Assembly: GCF_006345805.1 (NCBI RefSeq)
Contig: NC_043002.1
Coordinates: 18,724,001 to 18,788,000, forward strand
Direction: 5' to 3'
DNA: 64,000 nt
Source: Octopus sinensis
Taxonomy: Eukaryota
Below the pieces are notes generated by a model. That model was given only the letters and a program-made list of their open reading frames with translations, was not told where the DNA came from and searched no databases. Both the position numbers and the translations under genes were made by a program. This document shows, in pieces, positions 26,834-35,280 of this stretch (position 1 is its first letter; every line of letters starts with the position of its first letter).

Positions 26834-27736
26834 TTTATCTTACTATATTTTTTATTCGTTGTTAATACGTTTATTCATACACTGTTACGAAAATTTAACC
26901 TTTTTTAGGATACTTTCAAGCCTTCGCCATAACTTGATTTATCTTCCTATCTCTCTCTAATATTTAACCGCAGGCTGCCTCAAGCCGTAATCCCATCTTT
27001 TTCCCATCTTTCAGTCATTGGCGGTCTTCTTTTTCCTCCTCTTCTTCTTCATATGCTAAAACTTGAAAACCGCCATTACTATTACTATTACGATTCTGCA
27101 ATTTAAATTCCCAGTTCAACTACTTTCTTCTTCAATTTCAACTCCCGCTCGATGACCGCAGCAAGTTCTTAAAAAAAAAAAAAAAAAATTTATCTTACTA
27201 TATTTTTTATTCGTTGTTAATACGTTTATTCATACACTGTTACGAAAATTTAACCTTTTTTAGGATACTTTCAAGCCTTCGCCATAACTTGATTTATCTT
27301 CCTATCTCTCTCTAATATTTAACCGCAGGCTGCCTCAAGCCGTAATCCCATCTTTTTCCCATCTTTCAGTCATTGGCGGTCTTCTTTTTCCTCCTCTTCT
27401 TCTTCATATGCTAAAACTTGAAAACCGCCATTACTATTACTATTACGATTCTGCAATTTAAATTCCCAGTTCAACTACTTTCTTCTTCAATTTCAACTCC
27501 CGCTCGATGACCGTAGCAAGTTCTTAAAAAAAAAAAAAAAAAAATTTATCTTACTATATTTTTTATTCGTTGTTAATACGTTTATTCATACACTGTTACG
27601 AAAATTTAACCTTTTTTAGGATACTTTCAAGCCTTCGCCATAACTTGATTTATCTTCCTATCTCTCTCTAATATTTAACCGCAGGCTGCCTCAAGCCGTA
27701 ATCCCATCTTTTTCCCATCTTTCAGTCATTGGCGGT
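26834..27736. repeat. Tandem repeat, ~355-bp unit x2.5, each full unit ending in A18-19
   Basis: Units start at 26834, 27189 and 27545 and are near-identical. Confidence 0.92.
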
Positions 27737-28168
27737 GCGCCCGCCCCCCCACCCCCACCACCAATACCGTTGAACACTGTTCTCACCCCCCCACCAATAC
27801 CGTTGAACACTGTTCTCACCCCCCCACCACCAATACCAGTATACCCCGTTCTCTCTATCTACACCGGATACACCTTACTCATCTACACTGGGTACGCCCT
27901 ACTCCCTCCTCCTCCTCCCACTACCACTTCTCCTCATATGCTTAAGACAAGCTGCTAGCGCCATAGCTCATCAACTGCCCACCGATCTTACGCTTCCTCC
28001 TGACACTGCCTCAATCCGACCATCCCCTTTTAGTACCCTCCCGCCTCGTCACCTACCCATTCTAAGTACCCCCCTACCCATTCTAAGTACCCCCCTACCC
28101 ATTCTAAGTACCCCGGATCCCCAAAGTACCCCGGATCCCCAAAATACCCCAATCCCCAAAGTACCCCG
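27737..28168. repeat. C-rich, strand-skewed region with 29-, 20- and 18-bp minisatellites
   Basis: ccaccaataccgttgaacactgttctcacc x2; ctacccattctaagtacccc x3; ggatccccaaagtacccc x3-4. Confidence 0.8.
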
Positions 28169-28441
28169 GACCTCGTTGCCCCCGTGCCGCTGACACGTTA
28201 AAATGCTCGAATCCGATCGTGACGATGCCGGACCCTCCGGCCCCTGTGCAGGTGGCACGTAAAAAGCACCCAATCCACTCACGGAGTGGTTGGCGTTAGG
28301 AAGGGCATCCAGCCGTAGAAACTCTGCCAGATTCAGACTGGAGCCTGGAGCGGCCCCTGGCTTCCCAGACCCGGTCAAACCGTCCAACCCGTGCTAGCGC
28401 GGAAAGCGGACGTTAAACGATGATGATGATGATGATGATGA
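28165..28441 (+). mobile_element. 5'-truncated RTE 3' end
   Basis: Shared 3' UTR and (ATG)n tail, followed by (TA)n. Confidence 0.8.
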
Positions 28442-28518
28442 TATATATATATATATATGTATATATATGTATATATATATGTATATATATATATATATGA
28501 ATATATATATATATATAT

Positions 28519-28606
<88 letters not shown>

Positions 28607-28767
28607 TAAAAGGGTTTATTTTAGATTATTTTAGATTATATATTGATTATATATAGATTATATATAGATTATATTTTATTTTTATATTCTTTCATTGATA
28701 ATTTTATTTTGTTATTTAAATTATTTTAAATTATATTTTAAAATATTGTTATTTTTAGATCAAAAAT

Positions 28768-28811
28768 CCACCTGAAGATTGTCGGTAGCAGACATGAAAC
28801 AATTGTAGTGG
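28768..28811 (+). ncRNA. Minimal type I hammerhead ribozyme motif (Penelope-type)
   Basis: ccac-CUGAAGA-u-uguc(gguagca)gaca-u-GAAA-c(aauu)g-UA-gugg: stems I, II and III, palindromic loop III, GUA cleavage triplet; U-U at 10.1/11.1. Confidence 0.65.
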
Positions 28812-29077
28812 CGGTTTATTTAATTTATATTAAAATTTTATGTATTGATTAAGTCTTTCCTTGTTTGGTTTTAAAATAGTGGTTTTGTCTCGAATTATAT
28901 TATATATATTATATATATATATATATATGTATATTATATTAATTATATATATTATTTGTTATTTATGTATTGGTTTATGTCTATCACTGTTTGAGTGATA
29001 ATAGTGGTTTTATCTCTAATTCATCTTTTATATCATCGTCGTTTAACGTCCGCTTTCCATGCTAGCATGGGTTGGAC

Positions 29078-29122
<45 letters not shown>

Positions 29123-29184
29123 GTGCACAGTTCCATCAAAAGTGCATATATAAATGTGTGTATATGTATATAAATATATTTCTT

Positions 29185-29240
<56 letters not shown>

Positions 29241-29363
29241 ATGATGATGATGATGATATATATATCCATGTATATACATGCACACAGTTCCATCAAAACG
29301 TACCCCAGACACACTGACTGACAACAGCAGGCTTAATTATACACACACACACGCGCATTGATG

Positions 29364-29850
29364 TATACTCTTTTACTCGTTTTAGTCATTTCATTGTGGC
29401 CATGCTGGAGCACTGCCTTTAGTCGAGCAAATCGACTCCAGGACTTAGCTTAGTACTTATTCTATCGGTCTCTGTTGCCGAACCACTAAGTTACGGGGAC
29501 ACAAACACACCACCATCGGTTGCCAAGCGATGTTGGGGGATAAACACAGACACATAAATATATACACACACACACATATATATATATGCATATATACGAT
29601 GAGCTTCTTTGATTGGGGTGGGGCTGAGCGCGCCCATATGCCTACTGACATATAATCACGATTTTTTTGTTTCATTTTGTAGATATGTGTGAGGTCTATC
29701 TGAATGTGTACAAGCTCGCCAATCCATTCACAAGGCTTTGGCAGGCCCGAGGCTATAGTAAAAGACACCCAAGGTACAACGCAGTGGGAATGAACCCGGA
29801 ACCATGTGGTTGATAAGCAAGCTACTTACCACACAGCTACTCTTGCGCCT
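29364..29850 (-). mobile_element. SINE-A copy with a templated inverted insertion
   Basis: Reverse-strand match interrupted at 29608-29723. Confidence 0.8.
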
Positions 29851-30172
29851 ATGTATGTGTATATGAAAAATAATGGGTAATATAAAAAAAAATTGGTGAG
29901 TTTGTACACATAGACACACCTCACATATATCTACAAAATGAAATAAAAAATCGTGGTTATGTGTCAGTATGCATGTGTGCGCGCTCATCCCCACCCCAAT
30001 CAAAAATCGATATAAGTATTTGTATATAAGTATCGATATAAAGTATTTGTATAAAATTTCATTAAAAAAATACCGATTTTTCTGAAAGTTATGGGGAAAC
30101 AAAGCCTACTCGTGTAAATTTTCCGATATTCCTCTTCCCACCCACAGAAAATCAGAATGTATATACCATCTG

Positions 30173-30273
30173 GGTACTATTTAATAAGAGTGGTCCCGGT
30201 GCGCGCACTCGCACGACTAGCTAGTGCGGATGCGCGAGTGCGCGCACTGGGACCACTCTTCTTAAATAGTACC
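30173..30273. repeat. GC-rich palindrome, 40-bp arms, 21-nt loop
   Basis: ggtactatttaataagagtggtcccggtgcgcgcactcgc and its reverse complement, 2 mismatches. Confidence 0.9.
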
Positions 30274-30846
30274 TACCATCTGAAGTATATTTGTAGAAAA
30301 TTCTGGGACACATTTGTAGGAATTGTTTTAATACATGACAAACGACAAAAATTATTATAATCTAGGCGAGTAAACGGAAAACAATTACTATAACAGTTGA
30401 AATATAATATAACGGTAGCAAATGTATTAAGATGTAACACTGGTTCCAATATTCTTTGGACTCAAGTATGCAAAACGAAGGATAGCCCGAAGCTATTGTG
30501 GGAATCTTTTATTTTATTTTTTTAGAAGACTGAATGAACTCCCGCCTATTATGATTTTGAATTCAGCTATGGTTAAAACCACGGTAATTAACCGGTAAAA
30601 TTTTAGTATTACACACATCTCACTCAACCTAATGAACGGGTGATTTTCGACAGTTTTCATGGTCAGATTCATTCAAAACATCAAAAACCATAGCTTCTGG
30701 TTGCATCCACCACAACTTTGACAAAAAGCACCCCCAACTTCAATACTGACTGGTAATACGACTGCGGGCTGACAGAATGGTTAGCACGTCGGGCCTATCT
30801 CCACAAGTGTACCATCCTACCAATGTGTTTCCACATGACTTTCAGA

Positions 30847-31072
30847 GGAGCTGGCAGAAACGTTAGCACGCCGGACGAAATACTTAGCGGTATTTTGTCT
30901 GCCGTTACGTTCTGAGTTCAAATTCTGCCGAGGTCGACTTTGCCTTTCATCCTTTCGGGGTCGACAAATTAAGTACCAGTTACGCATTGGGGTCGATGTA
31001 ATCGACTTACTCCGTTTGTCTGTCCTTGTTTATCCCTTCTGTGTTTAGCCCCTTGTGGGTAGTAAAGAAATA
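30847..31072 (+). mobile_element. SINE-C copy
   Basis: Full-length match. Confidence 0.85.
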
Positions 31073-32142
31073 GGTATTCTTTTTGGTGTATATACCGATT
31101 ATATCGCAGTTTGTTTTGGAGAAAATTTTCCGTGAGTGAAAAGGGCTTCGGCAAATTCACACAAAATGGCTTTTTTCCTCATAGCTTCCAAAAAAATTAA
31201 TAGGCTATTTTAGTGAAATTTTCTACAAATAACTTTCAGTGTATAAACTAAGAAAAAAAAAAAGTAGGTTCGTACACATACATACTGACACATCACATAT
31301 TTATAAAATGAATCTTGAAATTTCGAAAAAAATTGTGATGTATGTATGTGTGCGTGCTCACCATTTTTTATTTTTATTATTTTCACATCAAATTCGGATG
31401 TAATCGTACTTTATACACTCTGAAAAGTATTTGTAGAAAATTTCATTTAAAAATAACTATTTTTCTGAAAGTTATGAGGAGATAAAAGTCGGCTCGTGTG
31501 AATTTTCTGAACTCCTCTCTCCACCCCGGAAAATTTTTTTTACAACAAATTCCGATAAATTAGAATCTACACTAACTGAAGTATATTTATAGATAAATTC
31601 GTTTTAAAATATGGTGAAATATCTGTTTTTCTAGAAGTTGTGAGGTAACAAAACCAGGGCACACATTTGTGTAGGTATACCACCCAACGTTACTGAAAAT
31701 ACATATTCTCGTCATGAATCAGGCATATTGATGTTCATTAACTTTCGGCATTTATTTGCACTTTTATCCATCATGACAACGTAAAATAGACGACTATATA
31801 CACATGAGAAAAAGCAGAAAGTTTGAGCAAATACTGAAATTAAAATATTTAGCTTATTCTAACAATTTGTTCAGATACGAATATTATAACTGGATTAGGC
31901 TGAATCTTTTCTTTTCGGCGCCAGATTTTAATTCATGCACTTCTAGACTACTATGCTTCTTGTTAATAAATATAAATTATGCTTGTTTAATTTATAAATC
32001 AAGTACTTTATTTTATAAACAATAACAGATTTAAATAATGAAAGATAGTCTAATTCAAGGAATATCAAAAACAATCGACCAAATATTAAATCACTCAACA
32101 AACCAAACAGATTTCGCAATATAAAAACGAAGCAAATCTTAC

Positions 32143-32220
32143 CTTTCCTTTAGCTTTGATGCCAAGGTCTTTAGCTAGATTGCGTAACTCGCGGTAGTTT
32201 AAATTTTCCAAGTCATCCAT
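32143..32220 (-). CDS. NUSAP1: NUSAP1 coding exon 1 (start of SAP-like domain)
   Basis: ATG at 32220; MDDLENLNYRELRNLAKDLGIKAKGK then AAG|GTAAGA donor, phase 0. Resembles the N-terminal SAP-like motif of NUSAP1 (human LDSLKYSDLQNLAKSLGLRAN, recalled). Confidence 0.93.
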
Positions 32221-32309
32221 GATTATTTAATAGGTAAAATGAGATTTGATAATCCGGAACGTAAACACAAGAAATAAGATCTCAAAGTTAAGAAGCGTAT
32301 TCGTAAACA

Positions 32310-32420
32310 GTGTTTGAATTTATAATTGAAAACGGTGATTGGTCAGATTTGAAACCAGTCATAGAAAATCGACCAATCACATTTAAGAATAAATTCCGCC
32401 TTGTAGACAACTGATGGTTT
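32310..32420 (-). promoter_or_regulatory. NUSAP1 proximal promoter with CCAAT boxes, CHR-like and E2F-like sites
   Basis: ATTGG 32338-32342 and CCAAT 32373-32377; TTTGAA at 32313-32318 and 32348-32353; TTCCGCC at 32394-32400; about 100-200 bp upstream of the ATG. Confidence 0.55.
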
Positions 32421-32570
32421 GCCGTCAAAACTGAGACAGCGGTATCTATTTTTAGAATTAAAATTCTGGTACATAATGATTGACAATTACCCCCATGTAC
32501 CTACATGGTACTCCTAGCGAACAGTGGTCCCCGTGCGCGCACACGCACAGTCGTGTATCCGCGCTAGATA

Positions 32571-33090
32571 GTCGTAAGTAGTCGATCCTACAACGACTGG
32601 CGCGTAATGCAAATGAATAGATTCGCGCATAAACTAAGTAAATAAATGATTTTTTAAAAACAATGTATATAATTTTTTTTACACAAATTAAATATTTTTG
32701 AAACAAAGTAAATAAAATGCAAAGTAAATAATTTTTTAAACTAAGTAAATAAATTATTTTTTATAAAAAATTTTTTTTTTTAATGTATATAATTTTTTTT
32801 ACACAAATTAAATATTTTTGAAACAAAGTAAATAAAATGCAAAGTAAATAATTTTTCAAACTAAGTAAATAAATTATTTTTTATAAAAATTTTTTTTTTT
32901 AAATGTATATAATTTTTTTACACAAATTCAATATTTTTCGAACAAAGTAAATAAAATGCAAAGTAAATGATTTTTTAGACTAAGTAAATAAATTTTTTTT
33001 TTTAAATGTATATAATTTTTTTTACACAAATTCAATATTTTTCGAACAAAGTAAATAAGTAAAGTCGTTGTAGGATCGACTACTTACGAC
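32571..33090. mobile_element. MITE with perfect 28-bp TIRs and internal AT-rich ~120-bp tandem repeats
   Basis: TA-gtcgtaagtagtcgatcctacaacgact...agtcgttgtaggatcgactacttacgac-TA. Confidence 0.8.
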
Positions 33091-33625
33091 TAGTAGAACC
33101 GTACATGTATATATTTTCGGCAAATTTTCGATATAAGTACCATAAGTGTTAAAAACGCACGCGCTTATTGTTTATGTTTCTCACCAAGATCGTCGCTTTC
33201 CGTAAAAATTTTATATCTTTTATATGTGATGTGGGGTGGGGATCTTTTGAAGCGAAAGAGACAGAGAGAGCGCAGTTGGATCGGGGAAGTTCTTTCGAAG
33301 TTGGCATGAAGCGAAAGAATTGATGTGTGTGTGTGTGTGTTTGATGGGGTGTGCGAGACAGAAAGTGTGGTATGTATGAGAAGTTCTTTTGTTAGTGTGT
33401 GTGAAGAGATAGAGAGCAATGGTGCTGTGTGTATGTGTGTGTGAGAGAGAGAGATAATTGAAATTTTTTAAATTCACTTTTTGTAGTGAGTGAATGTGTG
33501 TGATTGATAGAGAAAGAGAGAGAGAGAGCAAAACATCTACTATAGTCTGGGTCGCGACATTTTTTTCCCACGAGAGTTCCGGACCCAGTAAAGAGAGAGA
33601 GAGAGCAAAACATCTATTATAGTCT

Positions 33626-34180
33626 GGGTCGCGACATTTTTTTCCCACGAGAGTTCCGGACCCCAGTAATGAACTCATTTGCATACAGCCAATCAGAGCC
33701 CACCTTGACCTTGTAGTCAAGTTAACAAACACACCCTACCAAGTAAACTCAAGACGAAGAACAGTGTTGTAAGTCGACCGACCGCCAAGTGATGCCTGAT
33801 TTTAGGAGACAAGTAATTAGATAGATTTGCATCTATACCTATTAACGGATTTTGTTAGGGCCCCATATGGTAAAGATGTGGATGGGGAAAATGTGGGTAG
33901 AGTGTGATGTGCTAGCAATCCCCTCCCCTTACTGCTTTACAAAGTAAACAACACAAATAACTACGTAGAGGAAGCCATGGTTGAAGCAAGAACAAGAACA
34001 ACAAGCATTTTTAAAAGAGAAAAGAAGCATGGTCATTCCTTACCCAAGTGACCTTATCTTATCGTCCATCATCTGTTATGCGCTCATAAATTAGTTTGAT
34101 AGTTGAGCTCTGATTGGCTGTATGCAAATGAGTTCATAACTGGGGTCCGGAACTCTCGTGGGAAAAATATTTCGCGCCCC
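33626..34180. mobile_element. Element with ~85-bp terminal inverted repeats
   Basis: gggtcgcgacattt...ctcatttgcatacagccaatcagagc and its reverse complement at ~34105-34180; preceded by a ~75-bp tandem duplication of the left end; no clear TSD. Confidence 0.65.
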
Positions 34181-34932
34181 GGGTCGACCAAAGCCTTGTC
34201 ACAGAAATTGAAAGAAGCCCATTGTGTGCGTGCGTGTGTGTGTATGTGTGTGTCTGTGTGTGTGCATATATATTATATATGAATAATGTAGGTGGCCCAT
34301 TAGCAATTAAAACTTCGTCATTTTATTAAGATAAGTACTTTATATGGTTGAGTCTTTTTTTTTTTACTCTTGTTTTTAAAAGCTCGTACTATTTTGTACC
34401 CTTGTTTACAAATATTATATACAAGCCTTGAAGTGGCCCTTCGGGCAGCTTCCGGACTAGCTCCTGCGGAGGGCACCTTCACGGCCCTCTACCCTTGTAA
34501 TGAAACTTATTTCTGCAAATGTGCTAAGCACGGATGCTGATTATAGTTTAATAAAAAAACGTAGGAACGAGGTAAATGTAGTAAGAATAGGGGTGTGTCA
34601 GTGGGGCCCCATTTAAGCGCCCTTACAATACTCCCTGGGAGTCCATGGTATGAAATTCATTGTCATTGCTCCGATTTGGTCGCCAATGTCATGTATTTAG
34701 TTTAAAATGCAGTAAAAATGAGGGGAGGGGGCAGTTGGGCCCCAATTAGGCGTTCCTTAAAAAAAAATACTCCCTTAGGACATTGCCTGGGATTAGGGGA
34801 GTTGCAGGTTTGAGTTTCATCGCCCTTGCACCAATGGTCCAGGAGGAGTTAACGAACATAAAAACATAATGGACAGAGAAACATCACTCAAATTTATATT
34901 AAGAAGATATGTGTGTGTGTGTGTGTGTGTGT

Positions 34933-35270
34933 GGAGGCGCAATGGCCCAGTAGTTAGGGTAGTGGACTCGCGGTCGTAGGATCGCGGTTTCGATTCCCAG
35001 ACCGGGCGTTGTGAGCGAAAACACTTAGAAAGTCCCACGGGGCTCCGGCAGGGAGTGGCGGCGAACTCGTTCACCAAAACTATCTCTCACTCTTTCTTCC
35101 TGATTCTGTTGTACCTTGTCACACTCTGTGTCACGCTGAATCTTCTCGAGAACTACGTTAAGGGTACACGTGTCTGTGGAGTGCTCAGCCACTTGCACGT
35201 TAATTTCACGAGCATGCTGTTTCGTTGATCGGGTCAACTGGAACCCTCGTCGTTGTAACCGATGGAGTGC
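34933..35270 (+). mobile_element. SINE-B copy abutting the RTE tail
   Basis: Same tRNA-like head and body as 44776-45165. Confidence 0.85.
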
Positions 35271-35280
35271 CACGATAATA

